This document shows, in pieces, positions 20,685 to 30,288 of a stretch of DNA of 64,000 nt. The notes below the pieces were generated by a model, which saw only the letters and a list, made by a program, of their open reading frames with translations, was not told where the DNA came from and did no database searches. The stretch's first letter is position 1; each line of letters opens with the position of its first letter. Source of the DNA: Candidatus Omnitrophota bacterium (lineage in GTDB: Bacteria > Omnitrophota > Gorgyraeia > Zapsychrales > Zapsychraceae); assembly GCA_050250375.1 (NCBI GenBank), contig JBFWOS010000001.1:958361-1022360 (forward strand), read 5' to 3'. The translations under genes were made by a program, and so were the position numbers.

Positions 20685-21077
20685 CTAAACGACCGACGCC
20701 TTAACCGCAAACACCCAGTTTTTAAAAATAACAAAAGTAAACACGGCCGTAACAAGCGTCGCCGTGATTAAAGACACAAACACGCCCCCGCTGGTCCTTA
20801 ACATCAGTTCATTCACGCCCACGTTCAAAAAGAAGGCCAGCCCGTTCGCCGCCACGAACCGGGCAACCTCGGAGGAGGATTTCTTTTCCTGCCGGAACGT
20901 CCAGTATTTATTCAGGAAGAACGCCGCAACCCCGCCTCCGGTGAACGCGACACTTTTGGCGATCACAGACGGACAGAAATTTAAAAACAGATAATAGATT
21001 CCGAAATCCACGGCCGTAGCGATCACACCCGCGCAAAGGAACCGGCCGATCTCTTTGTTATTTTCGTTGACGGTCAT
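20685..21077 (-). CDS. GtrA-family membrane protein
   Basis: FLCAGVIATAVDFGIYYLF...NKYWTFR is the GtrA signature; 130 aa with 4 TM helices. Confidence 0.7.
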   Translation of the reverse strand: MTVNENNKEIGRFLCAGVIATAVDFGIYYLFLNFCPSVIAKSVAFTGGGVAAFFLNKYWTFRQEKKSSSEVARFVAANGLAFFLNVGVNELMLRTSGGVFVSLITATLVTAVFTFVIFKNWVFAVKASVV

Positions 21078-21138
21078 GGGAAAGATTATATCACGGAAAA
21101 TATGCGTTTGGCTTTATATTCCCCCGCCCGGACAGGAA

Positions 21139-21429
21139 TCAGGCATGAATGGCCTTGATGACTTCCCGGGGATTATTTTTAAGAGCAGTGAGGAGTACCC
21201 GGGCCGGTCCTTCAGGATTTGTACGTCCCTGTTCCCAATTTCTGAGGGTTGCCACAGAAATGCCGATAATCCTGGCGAATTCCGGCTGCGAAAACTTCAA
21301 AGATTCTCTCAAGCCTTTAATATCAATCGGAGTCACTTTAAAACGGCGGGAGGCCTTTCGTGTTCCATCCGCTATTTGCCGCGCTTCCTTTATGCTTTTG
21401 ATGAGGTCATTAAATAATTCTTTTTTCAT
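21139..21429 (-). CDS. XRE-family HTH antitoxin (HigA-like)
   Basis: ISVATLRNWEQGRTNPEGPARVLL HTH. Overlaps the upstream toxin gene by 4 nt. Paralog of 33288..33578. Confidence 0.7.
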   Translation of the reverse strand: MKKELFNDLIKSIKEARQIADGTRKASRRFKVTPIDIKGLRESLKFSQPEFARIIGISVATLRNWEQGRTNPEGPARVLLTALKNNPREVIKAIHA

Positions 21430-21746
21430 AAAGCCCCTTCTTTAACTAATTCGGATAACATGTTCAACTGTTTTCTTGAAAGATCCGTTGATTCATTTTT
21501 TTTGTAGGCGAATAACATAAAAATTTGTGATCTTGAAAAGTACCAGTAATAAATAATACGGATCCCGGCCCTTTTACCTTTCCCTTTCGCTTTCCAGCGG
21601 ATCTTACGTAAACCTCCCCCCTGCGGGATCAGTCTTCCGGCATCCGGAGCCATGGTTAAATGCACTTGTAAGTCAGCGTACTCATAATCCTTAAGCAACC
21701 CAATAATCTGCCGGGTAAAAACGGACGTTTCCAAAAACTCCATCAC
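21426..21746 (-). CDS. RelE/ParE-superfamily toxin (HigB/Gp49-like)
   Basis: GGLRKIRW...GIRIIYY motif. Toxin-first order with a 4-nt overlap onto the antitoxin. Paralog of 33575..33892. Confidence 0.65.
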   Translation of the reverse strand: MMEFLETSVFTRQIIGLLKDYEYADLQVHLTMAPDAGRLIPQGGGLRKIRWKAKGKGKRAGIRIIYYWYFSRSQIFMLFAYKKNESTDLSRKQLNMLSELVKEGAL

Positions 21747-22208
21747 GCACTCCTTTAATAGTATACGCTATTAGCGTACTGTTCGCAAATAATTATTTAT
21801 TGTTGAGGAATTTACACAATGTTTTCTATATTATTATCGAAAAAAAGGAGAGTATTGAGTGGGGAGTGCCTGTATTATCTAACAGGGTGGCAGCCATATC
21901 AAGAACAAATTCCGGACCGGGTTCAAATTCACGGGGATATCCTTTTTGAGACTGTACTCCCCAAAGACGGGTCATCCGTTCCCTACGGGGTTTCAATGAA
22001 CCCAGCTCCCCGCATCAAGATGCGGGGTATCTGACAACGGCTTTAGCTCGCTCGTATGAAACAATAACCTCGCCCTCGAGGACAATCGGTTCATTCTGCG
22101 AAGCATACCCATCCTGCTACGCTCGAATGTTTTCACGTTCGAGCTTCGCAGAGATGATTCTGCCCGACGTCCAACCCCGATGCAAGCACCGGGGTATGCG
22201 AAGCAGAA

Positions 22209-22781
22209 TCAAGATTCACCGAATAAATGCAATTGTTCGTTTTCTTTATTTTCGTTTTGCCGCACCGGTTCTTCCATTTCCCTGTGACCGGACGTCTCTC
22301 CGCTTTCCAGAATGTGGATCACTTCAATCCCCTGTTCAAGCAGCGCCGGGGAAACAAGCCGGAAGCGGTGGCAGTTTAACGGATCTTTTTCCGCGCACAT
22401 CAGCGCGATGGTCAGTCCCTTTTGGATATTGCGGATAACGCCTTCAATGCCGTCTTTGAATTCAGCCCTGGACCTGACCCGGGCGTAATCCACGGTGCCG
22501 TCGGCGTTCAGCAGGTCCGGGTCTGAATAAATACCGCCCAGTTTGTCCCCGAGGTAAACATAAAGGATGTTCCGCTTTTTTAATTCCGCGGATATATTGT
22601 CTTTATTGAATTGCGGGACGTATTTGCTGTAAGGCGCGCTTCGAATATCAGCCAGGCAATTGACCGCGTGCCGCTCCAGCAGACGCATCAATTTGTCCAC
22701 CGAGTAATTCGAATGGCCGACCGTGAAACACGAATTCTTTTCTGAGTTTAATAAAGACATAAGCATTTGAAACGGGATCAA
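22209..22781 (-). CDS. DUF488-family protein
   Basis: TVGHSNYSVDKLMRLLERHAVNCLADIRSAPYSKYVPQFN matches the DUF488 N-terminal signature. Confidence 0.55.
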   Translation of the reverse strand: MIPFQMLMSLLNSEKNSCFTVGHSNYSVDKLMRLLERHAVNCLADIRSAPYSKYVPQFNKDNISAELKKRNILYVYLGDKLGGIYSDPDLLNADGTVDYARVRSRAEFKDGIEGVIRNIQKGLTIALMCAEKDPLNCHRFRLVSPALLEQGIEVIHILESGETSGHREMEEPVRQNENKENEQLHLFGES

Positions 22782-23818
22782 AAACTGTCTGACGGCTGTT
22801 CAATCTTCAACGCGGTAATAATATCCTCCCGCGCGTAAGGCCAGTCCGTAACGGTTTCAGCCGGGATCAGCACGTAATAATGCCGTCCGGCGGCCTGCCC
22901 CAGGTACTCACTGGCCTGTTTGTCGTCAGGATCAGTGGCGAGGATAGCCGGGTCGTCCGTCTGCCATAACCGGATCACAATCCCCTGCTTGGTCCTGCCT
23001 TGTCCGACGATCATGATCTCGACGGGGTCCGCGGCCAGCCACCCGGTCGGACCATACGGAGACTTGCCCTCACCGGGCGAGGCCTTCCAGTTCTGGTTGG
23101 GGAGGAATTTCGCCACGGCCTCAATCATTAAATCTTCCTCCCTGGCCTGGCCGGGATTAATCTTGAGGGTCAACACATTCGACGCCGGGATTGTTTCGCG
23201 GGTGAATCCATAGACCCCGGACGCGGTCTGAACGGTGTAATTTCCCGGCTGGGTAATGACAAATTCCTCGGCGATATCTTTATTATCCGCAAGGACGACG
23301 ATCTCGCCTGAATCAATCGCCTGCTCCGCGCCCAATGTCTGGACGCCGGCTCTCCTGGACAAGACCGGCTGTCCGTCCGGATCTTTCAACAAAAACGCGT
23401 TGCCGATCCCCTGGACATCGTACCATTTCAAGCGGCCCGACACATTTTTCATGACGAGATGGACCTTCACCGGCTGTCCGACCGTATACTCAGCCGATGC
23501 GGGGATGATCTGGACGCGGTACCCGCTTTCCTCCTTCCCCCACCGGTCATCAACCGCCAGCAAAGCCGCTCCGCGGGGTTCTTTAAAAACAGTCTCCACC
23601 CGCTCGATATGGCCGCGTTTGATGCACTGGCTGGAAGACTCCTGGACCAGTTCCAGCTCATCTTCGGCGGAACACCAGTCTTCCCTGTAAAAGGAAGGAT
23701 TGTTTTCCTTTAATTTGCCTTCCAGCACTTTCCCGCTCTTTAGGAAAATATTGTCCGCGAAACATGCGCGGGTTATTCCCATCCAGACCATCAGAAAACA
23801 GAGGATTATTTTTTTCAT
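22778..23818 (-). CDS. secreted hypothetical protein
   Basis: Signal peptide MKKIILCFLMVWMGITRACFA; 346 aa. Confidence 0.5.
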   Translation of the reverse strand: MKKIILCFLMVWMGITRACFADNIFLKSGKVLEGKLKENNPSFYREDWCSAEDELELVQESSSQCIKRGHIERVETVFKEPRGAALLAVDDRWGKEESGYRVQIIPASAEYTVGQPVKVHLVMKNVSGRLKWYDVQGIGNAFLLKDPDGQPVLSRRAGVQTLGAEQAIDSGEIVVLADNKDIAEEFVITQPGNYTVQTASGVYGFTRETIPASNVLTLKINPGQAREEDLMIEAVAKFLPNQNWKASPGEGKSPYGPTGWLAADPVEIMIVGQGRTKQGIVIRLWQTDDPAILATDPDDKQASEYLGQAAGRHYYVLIPAETVTDWPYAREDIITALKIEQPSDSF

Positions 23819-23832
23819 CGCGTTGGTTCCTT

Positions 23833-24234
23833 TTACTTTGGCAACAGGCCGAAGGCGGCCATCACCGCGGTTTCGAGGGGGACGAGATCTTTTTCCTTAC
23901 GGTCCAGGACAAAGTCGGCCCCGTTTTGCCCGAAAAACAAACGATCGTCTTCCATCGACAGGCCGACCTGAACGATAATCTTTGTCTGCGCCGCGGCCTG
24001 ACGGCGGACCTGCCGGCATAATTCCCGCGCGTCGGCCTGCGGTAACGTCCCGCTCATGATCACCAGATCCGGGTTTTCAGCGGCCAGCCGTTCAAGACCC
24101 TCCGGAGCGTTCTTCGCCAGCGTAATATGACAGAAGGCCAGGCCCCGCAGAAAACTTTCCAGCCGCAGGATATAAACAGGATGCGCGTCGATGATCAGGA
24201 TCTTCAGGTCCTGTATTTCCGGCCGGATACTCAT
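23833..24234 (-). CDS. atypical receiver-like domain protein (phospho-acceptor Asp apparently replaced)
   Basis: Receiver fold (ILIIDAHP...). The phospho-Asp position reads DLVIMSGTLP where DLVILDxxMP is expected. Overlaps the downstream RR gene by 4 nt. Confidence 0.45.
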   Translation of the reverse strand: MSIRPEIQDLKILIIDAHPVYILRLESFLRGLAFCHITLAKNAPEGLERLAAENPDLVIMSGTLPQADARELCRQVRRQAAAQTKIIVQVGLSMEDDRLFFGQNGADFVLDRKEKDLVPLETAVMAAFGLLPK

Positions 24235-24953
24235 ATAACATCTTCCACATTATGGCTCCGGCGGTATTCGGTCGGAGTGACCTTAACCGCCTGCTTAAAC
24301 TGCCGCATAAAAGTCCCCGGGCTTTGATACCCCAGTTCTGTGGCGATCTCGCTGACCGTGCGGTGGGTCTTGACCAGCAGTTCCTTGGCCTTGTCCATCT
24401 TGACCTTCCGTTTATAGTCCCGGAAACTCATTTCGTTCTTGTCATTAAACATCCGGCTGAGGTACCGCGGACTCAGGCACATCTCATCCGCGATGCTTTC
24501 GAGGTTGGCGTTGTCGTAATTGCGTTCGATAAACCGTTTCACGCGTTCAATCTGATCGTCTTTATCGAGACGGGAATTCTCTTCGTAGGATTTGGCCTGC
24601 AGAAGGTCGGACACCTTTAATTTCAGTTCCGCCATAAAAAAAGGCTTCTCAATAAAATCATCGGCGCGGCTGCGCAGGGATTTGAGCGCGACGTCCTTGG
24701 AGCCGAAGGCCGTCATCATGATCACCATGATTTTCTTGCGCCGGGCCTTGATCTCCGAGAGGACCGTGATCCCGTCGATGTGGGGCATTTTGACATCCAG
24801 GATGACCAGGTCCGCCGAGTTGGGTTTCATCAGGTAATCCAGGCCGTCCCTGGGGTCGATGAAACTGACAATCTCGTATTCGGGCAGGCCGAGCCTGATG
24901 CTTTTGATGATCCTCGGGTCATTATCAATGACGACTATTTTGGCTGATATCAT
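24231..24953 (-). CDS. response regulator with AraC-type HTH output
   Basis: Receiver (VVIDNDP, LVILDVKMPHIDG) plus a C-terminal AraC HTH (SIADEMCLSPRYLSRMF...ATELGYQSPGTFMRQFK). Confidence 0.8.
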   Translation of the reverse strand: MISAKIVVIDNDPRIIKSIRLGLPEYEIVSFIDPRDGLDYLMKPNSADLVILDVKMPHIDGITVLSEIKARRKKIMVIMMTAFGSKDVALKSLRSRADDFIEKPFFMAELKLKVSDLLQAKSYEENSRLDKDDQIERVKRFIERNYDNANLESIADEMCLSPRYLSRMFNDKNEMSFRDYKRKVKMDKAKELLVKTHRTVSEIATELGYQSPGTFMRQFKQAVKVTPTEYRRSHNVEDVI

Positions 24954-25017
24954 ATGATCGTTCCTGAAAAATTTGACCGCCCATTTTTAATCCTGAATCC
25001 GCCCGGTCCCGGCCGTT

Positions 25018-26823
25018 TTAATTCTGCCCGGCCAGTTCCGCCGGCCGTGTCCGGCGCAGGGCGGGAATCCTGATGAAAAAGGCGATGCTGTGTTCGTCCG
25101 TGTTGATTTTAGCTTCGATCGTCCCGTTATGAAACGCCACGATCTCCCGGCAGATCGCCAGGCCCAGGCCGAGCCCCCCCGACTTGGTGGTAAAAAACGG
25201 TTCAAAAATCTTTTCGGCTGAAACGGCCCCGGCATCCTCGACGGAATTCCTGACCTCGAGGACAATCACCCCCGGGTCATCGGGATGCTCCCCCGGCTCA
25301 TGACGGGTGCTCAGTCCGACCGGTTTCCCCGGCGGTGTCGCGTCCAGGGCGTTGGTCAGCAGGTTCAGCAGGACCTGTTTTAATTTCATCTCATTGCCTT
25401 CAATCGCGGGCAGTTTCTCGGCCAGGCCCTGCTCAATCTCTACGTTCATCTGTCCGGCCTTGATCCGGTTGAGCACCAGCGCCTCCTTCACGACCTTGTT
25501 CACGTCCATCCGGTCCTTGGGGAACGACTCATTGTTCTGGGAAAAGGCCACCATATTTTTCAGCGACGTGTTCCACAGTTCCAGCTCCCGGGGGATGGTG
25601 TCGTTAAAGTCACGCATAAATTCCTTGTCCTCCTGCTGCTGCGGGAGGAGTTCCACAAACGTCTCGACCAGCTGCAGCGAATTCTTCAGTTCATGCGCGA
25701 CCACCGTCGCGGCCTTGCCGACCACCGACAGTTTCTCGAGGTCGCGGGCCTTGCGCAGTTTGTCCGTCATGCGGTTGAACGTAAACAGCAGTTTGCCGAT
25801 CTCATTGCGGTGTTTGATCCGAAAGCGCTGGGACAGATCCCCCTGCGCCAGTTTCCGGGTCGAGGCCATGATCTCCCTGATCGGCCGGCTGATCAGCCGC
25901 GCCAGCACCATGCTGGCGCCCACCGCCGCGGTGATGCTCAGCAGAATAATGATCCACGACTGTTTTTTCATCCTCCCGGAAAAGGCGTACGCCTCGCTCT
26001 CCGGCTGGGAAATAATCAGCCCCCAGCGCAGCGATTCCACCGGCGCGTAAGAGACAAGCACGCGTTCCCCGCCGGCCGTGGTCTCCTCGGCGTTTCCGGC
26101 CCTGCCCGCTAAAATGTCATTGAGGATATTCAGCCCGGCGATGTGCGCGTTCTGCAGGACCAGTTTCTTGTCCGGATGCGCGATGATCCGGCCCTGCCCG
26201 TCAATCAGATAAGCCTTTCCCCGCTCGCCGAAACGAATGCCGTCGACAATGTCCCAGATGCTGCGCACGTTCAGGTCGGCCACCAGGACCGCGCTGACCC
26301 GTCCGCGCTGTTTGATCGGCTCGGCCAGGGTTAAAAACGGAATATAGTTTTCAGAAATTTTAATGTCGGAAATGTACGGTTTCCCGGATGCCGCCTGCCG
26401 GAACGCCTCTTCCGGCGACCGATCACGCAGCTTGGTCCCGGCCTCGGACGTCGCTGTCTCCTGTCCTGACAAATCCACCGCCGAGACCCGCTGGAAGGCA
26501 GGGTTATTTAAAGACAATTCGACCAGCGTCGTTTCCTGCCGCCAGGGGTCCGCGTTTAACGTCCCCAGCATCGACGCCGTCACCAGCAAAAGCTGCCGCG
26601 CCCCTTTGACATATTCCTTCACCTCGCCGGTGGTGTGCAGGGCAATTTCCTTGTGGTCACGGAAGACCGACGTCTTGATCGCGTCCTGGCTGGTGCGCAC
26701 CAGCAGGACCCCCAGGACCACCAGAGGGATCACCATCACGGAAATCAAAAGCAGAAAGATCTGCTGCCAGATACGCCTGGGGAGAATGCGCTGAATCCAT
26801 AATCGGTTCTTTTTCATATTCAA
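25018..26823 (-). CDS. sensor histidine kinase (Cache-like, HAMP, HisKA, HATPase)
   Basis: Two TM helices around an extracytoplasmic domain; H-box VAHELKNSL; GLGLGLAICREIV ATPase motif. Confidence 0.8.
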   Translation of the reverse strand: MNMKKNRLWIQRILPRRIWQQIFLLLISVMVIPLVVLGVLLVRTSQDAIKTSVFRDHKEIALHTTGEVKEYVKGARQLLLVTASMLGTLNADPWRQETTLVELSLNNPAFQRVSAVDLSGQETATSEAGTKLRDRSPEEAFRQAASGKPYISDIKISENYIPFLTLAEPIKQRGRVSAVLVADLNVRSIWDIVDGIRFGERGKAYLIDGQGRIIAHPDKKLVLQNAHIAGLNILNDILAGRAGNAEETTAGGERVLVSYAPVESLRWGLIISQPESEAYAFSGRMKKQSWIIILLSITAAVGASMVLARLISRPIREIMASTRKLAQGDLSQRFRIKHRNEIGKLLFTFNRMTDKLRKARDLEKLSVVGKAATVVAHELKNSLQLVETFVELLPQQQEDKEFMRDFNDTIPRELELWNTSLKNMVAFSQNNESFPKDRMDVNKVVKEALVLNRIKAGQMNVEIEQGLAEKLPAIEGNEMKLKQVLLNLLTNALDATPPGKPVGLSTRHEPGEHPDDPGVIVLEVRNSVEDAGAVSAEKIFEPFFTTKSGGLGLGLAICREIVAFHNGTIEAKINTDEHSIAFFIRIPALRRTRPAELAGQN

Positions 26824-26871
26824 GGATAAACCGGTCCGTCTTTAATACTAATATAAATGGAAATATTTTGT

Positions 26872-28317
26872 TTATAGATTACTATAAATCGCTTCTTTAT
26901 TCAAAAGGTTATTCACCGCGCCGGTTTTCGCCGTTTTTGAGGTTCTTTCCGCCAGTTTCTTCTGGTACTCGCGTTTGATGAAATCCGGGGCCATCCGGTT
27001 GAGGTACGGTTTGTGGCAGGTCGGCGTGCTGAAATTTTTATTGATCAGAAACGACGACAGCCGGCATCCCCCGCCGCACATCGGCATATACGTGCAGTCC
27101 TGCGGACACTGCTTCCAGACATCCAGCCCGACAAACTCTTTGTGTTTCGCGTTTTTGGGTTCGTCAAAGATGTTCCCGGTCGAGAGTTCGGGGTGTCCGA
27201 GCATGGAATTGCATTTGTAGATACGCCCGTGCTGGTCGACGGTCCCGGCCCCGTGATCGCGGGTGACCGGACAGATCGAGGTCGACAAACCGTCTCTCAC
27301 CGGCAGGCCGTTTTCCTCCAGGAGCGCGTGGATCTTTCGATACGCCGCGGTCAGGTTATCATTTTCGTAATTGCACATGCACTGCGGGCTGACGATCCGT
27401 TCGGTGTTTCCGGCGGGACCGAGCGTCGCGTGGATCGCCCCGAAAATAAAATTCCCCAGCTTGTGCAGGATCCCGCGCTGTTTGAGAAAACCGATCAGCT
27501 CTTCGATGTGGGCGGTCTCGCCTTTGTCAAAACCGACGGAAAGGCTGATCCTGATCTTGTCGATGTTGGCCTCGATGTTCCGCATGATCCGCTCAAAGGT
27601 CCCGCCTCCACCCCGCAAAGGACGGGTGCGGTCGTGTTTTTCCCCGACGCCGTCGATCGAGATCCGCGCCTGCGTCAGGCCGAGCGCAACGTAATGGTCC
27701 ACCGCCTCCGCGCTCAGCAGGTACCCGTTGGTCTGCAGCATAAACTGGAACCGGACCCCCTGTTCCCGGCACCAGGCCTGCATCGCCGCGGCAATCCGGT
27801 CAATCGCCGGACGGTTAGCGAGCGGTTCCCCGCCGTAAAAAACCAGAAACAGCTCTCCATATTTTTCTTCATTAATTTTATTTTTCAGCCAGACGATCAG
27901 CCGCTCGGCCGTTGACGGCTCCATCTGTTCCGTCCGGCTGCGCGTGCTTTCCTCAAAACAGTACACGCATTTCAAATTGCAGGCGTACGTCGTCAGCACC
28001 GTCAGTACCAGCCGCGATTTCATCCGTCCGTATTTAATCTGGTCCAGATGCGCCAGCAGACGCTGCCGGTCTTCCTCTTCATCTTTCACAAGGATGCCCG
28101 TGCGGTGCAGGGCCTCAAGATTTTTGAGAACGGATTGCGGGAGGGAGGGAAACGGGGAAGGGAAATTCTCGATCAGGTTCTTTAACTCTTCTTTGATTTT
28201 GATCAATGCCTGGGTCCGTGTGTGATAAACAAGATGCTCGCCCGCCGCAGGATAATCATTGACGATGATCGTATGGTTGGAAAATTTCATCGTTTGATCT
28301 CCTTTAATGTTCACCAA
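26872..28317 (-). CDS. radical SAM/SPASM-domain peptide-modifying enzyme with an N-terminal extension (possible RRE)
   Basis: CNLKCVYC is the CxxxCxxC radical-SAM motif, about 110 aa from the N-terminus. C-terminal auxiliary clusters (CPVTRDHG...YKCNS, CPQDCTYMPMCGGGC) look SPASM/twitch-like. Confidence 0.8.
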   Translation of the reverse strand: MVNIKGDQTMKFSNHTIIVNDYPAAGEHLVYHTRTQALIKIKEELKNLIENFPSPFPSLPQSVLKNLEALHRTGILVKDEEEDRQRLLAHLDQIKYGRMKSRLVLTVLTTYACNLKCVYCFEESTRSRTEQMEPSTAERLIVWLKNKINEEKYGELFLVFYGGEPLANRPAIDRIAAAMQAWCREQGVRFQFMLQTNGYLLSAEAVDHYVALGLTQARISIDGVGEKHDRTRPLRGGGGTFERIMRNIEANIDKIRISLSVGFDKGETAHIEELIGFLKQRGILHKLGNFIFGAIHATLGPAGNTERIVSPQCMCNYENDNLTAAYRKIHALLEENGLPVRDGLSTSICPVTRDHGAGTVDQHGRIYKCNSMLGHPELSTGNIFDEPKNAKHKEFVGLDVWKQCPQDCTYMPMCGGGCRLSSFLINKNFSTPTCHKPYLNRMAPDFIKREYQKKLAERTSKTAKTGAVNNLLNKEAIYSNL

Positions 28318-28374
28318 TCGCCTATTAAGAACCGGGCGCCGCGGTCACGCACACGGCACCCGTGATTGATTGTA

Positions 28375-28491
28375 TTATTCGGATTCCGGTTCCGGGCTTT
28401 GGAAGCCCTGTGTTCCGGGAGGCCAGCAACAACTCAATGAATTCATCGCGGTCAGATCGTCTGTCCCTTCACAAAGGATATCAATGTCCAT
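28375..28491 (-). CDS. candidate RiPP precursor peptide (38 aa): MDIDILCEGTDDLTAMNSLSCCWPPGTQGFQSPEPESE
   Basis: Not in the ORF track because it is shorter than 60 aa. GGAGGTG lies 7 nt upstream of the ATG. It is 57 nt upstream of the rSAM/SPASM gene on the same strand and contains three Cys plus a CCW motif. Confidence 0.45.
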   Translation of the reverse strand: MDIDILCEGTDDLTAMNSLSCCWPPGTQGFQSPEPESE

Positions 28492-28560
28492 AGAATCACC
28501 TCCTTTCTAGTTACCCGCCTAAATCCAATCTGTTCGTTCACAAGCGGGCGGGGATAGATT

Positions 28561-30168
28561 TTATTTCCGGTCCGTCAAATACCAGTCCTTGATCATAAAT
28601 GTGGCCATGTTGATATTAAAATAATCCTCCACTCCGCCGAATTTTGCGCTCAGGGCAAAAAACCCTTCATGAAAAAAAAGAAAACAGGCCGTCTGATCCT
28701 CATAAATCAGCCGGTGAATCTTTTGAACTTTATGATGACTAATATCTGTGTCGGGTTCTGAGCGGGCCTCTTCGATCAACCGGTCGAGTTCGGCATTTTT
28801 GTGGAACCAGAATTGCCCGGGCATACTGAAGCCGGAGTACCAGGGACTAACCGCGTCGATTTCATTCGAAATATATCCGGGTAAATACCTTAACCAGGCC
28901 TGGATTTTAAGCCGGTCCAGATAATCCTTGTCTATATCACTGAAGTTTTTATAAAATTGCGGGATCAATCTGATCCCAACCGCGGCCAGCTGCTGGCGGA
29001 TCATCAAGGCCGCTTTTTTGTGAATAGGATCGCGGTCATTGACCAGCATCCGGATCTCCAGGTCCTGTCCCTCTTTTTCAAGGATCCCGTCGCCGTTCAT
29101 ATCCTGCCAGCCGTTATTTTCCAAAAGACGCGAGGCCTCGTCCGGATCATATTCAAACGGTTTTAGGTCCGGATTAAATCCGGCCGACTGCGGATGAATC
29201 GGACCGACGCTCAGGGTTCCCTGAATATCAGCCGAACGCTTCAGGATGCCTTGTGCATCAATGCTGTGGGCGATGGCTTTGCGGACCATGATGTCCGCGA
29301 GCACCGGATCATCCAGATTATAAACAATCGCGCTGTAAACTTCCGCGCTCACGGAAAATGTCTTAAACGCCGGGTCCTGGCCCAGCACCAGATAGTCTTC
29401 CTTACTGATAAATTGAACGAGATCAACTTCGTGTCGTAACAGACCCGACCACATGGCCGCCGGATCAGGGTAAGCCTTTACGACGATCCGGTCAAGGTAA
29501 GGCCGGCCCTCAAAATAACCGGGATTGAATTCCAGCCGTATCTCATCACTCGTGCGATCCCAATGGACAAAACGGAACGGACCGGTTCCCGTCGGCGCGT
29601 AGAAAAACGGATTGTCCCGGATATTCTTTCCCTCAAGAAGATGCCGCGGAAGGATGGGATGGATGAACTGCTCAATGAACGAAGAAACCGCTTCTTTAAG
29701 ATGAAACCGGATTGTATACGGATCAAAAATCTCGACCTGGTTGATCGGGGAAAATTTCGACCGGTAAGGAGAATCGTTTTCGGGATTTCGGTACTGGTCG
29801 TAACTGAAAAGAACATCACGCGCGGTCACCTCAACCCCGTCATGAAAACGCACGCCCTTACGCAGGTAAAAAGTGTAATCAAGCCCGTCCGGTGAGATCT
29901 CCCAGCGTTCCGCCAGGTCCGGTTCAAATTCGCCTTTCGCATTAAGACGGACCAGACCGTTAAATACAAGACTCATCAAGTCCGCGGATATACTGTATGT
30001 CGTAAAAACCGGATTTATCGGATTGGGTTTGAACTGGGTCCCCCAGACCAGTGTTCCGCCGTAATTTGGTTTATTTTCGGCAGACGGCTGGCGTGCGCCT
30101 TCAACGGACGGTGAGACGAGCAGCAAACTCATCACAACAAAGATTATATGGTTGGTTTGGCTGGTCAT
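28561..30168 (-). CDS. ABC transporter substrate-binding protein, family 5 (peptide/nickel; OppA/DppA-like)
   Basis: Signal peptide; LAERWEISPDGLDYTFYLRKGVRFHDG matches the SBP_bac_5 signature region. Confidence 0.8.
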   Translation of the reverse strand: MTSQTNHIIFVVMSLLLVSPSVEGARQPSAENKPNYGGTLVWGTQFKPNPINPVFTTYSISADLMSLVFNGLVRLNAKGEFEPDLAERWEISPDGLDYTFYLRKGVRFHDGVEVTARDVLFSYDQYRNPENDSPYRSKFSPINQVEIFDPYTIRFHLKEAVSSFIEQFIHPILPRHLLEGKNIRDNPFFYAPTGTGPFRFVHWDRTSDEIRLEFNPGYFEGRPYLDRIVVKAYPDPAAMWSGLLRHEVDLVQFISKEDYLVLGQDPAFKTFSVSAEVYSAIVYNLDDPVLADIMVRKAIAHSIDAQGILKRSADIQGTLSVGPIHPQSAGFNPDLKPFEYDPDEASRLLENNGWQDMNGDGILEKEGQDLEIRMLVNDRDPIHKKAALMIRQQLAAVGIRLIPQFYKNFSDIDKDYLDRLKIQAWLRYLPGYISNEIDAVSPWYSGFSMPGQFWFHKNAELDRLIEEARSEPDTDISHHKVQKIHRLIYEDQTACFLFFHEGFFALSAKFGGVEDYFNINMATFMIKDWYLTDRK

Positions 30169-30288
30169 GGTCTTGAGGTTAGTAAAGATAACATAATCAG
30201 TCTAATATACTTTTAAGTGATTTAAACTAACTTTTTGGCATTTTAAACCGACTTTTTTCTACCTTGATCAGAGGCCGGACGAGAATTT

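Noticed and set aside
25307-28225. Antisense ORFs within the histidine-kinase and rSAM genes (e.g. 25307..26050, 27013..27915)
   Set aside because: Opposite-strand shadows of genes with clear catalytic motifs.
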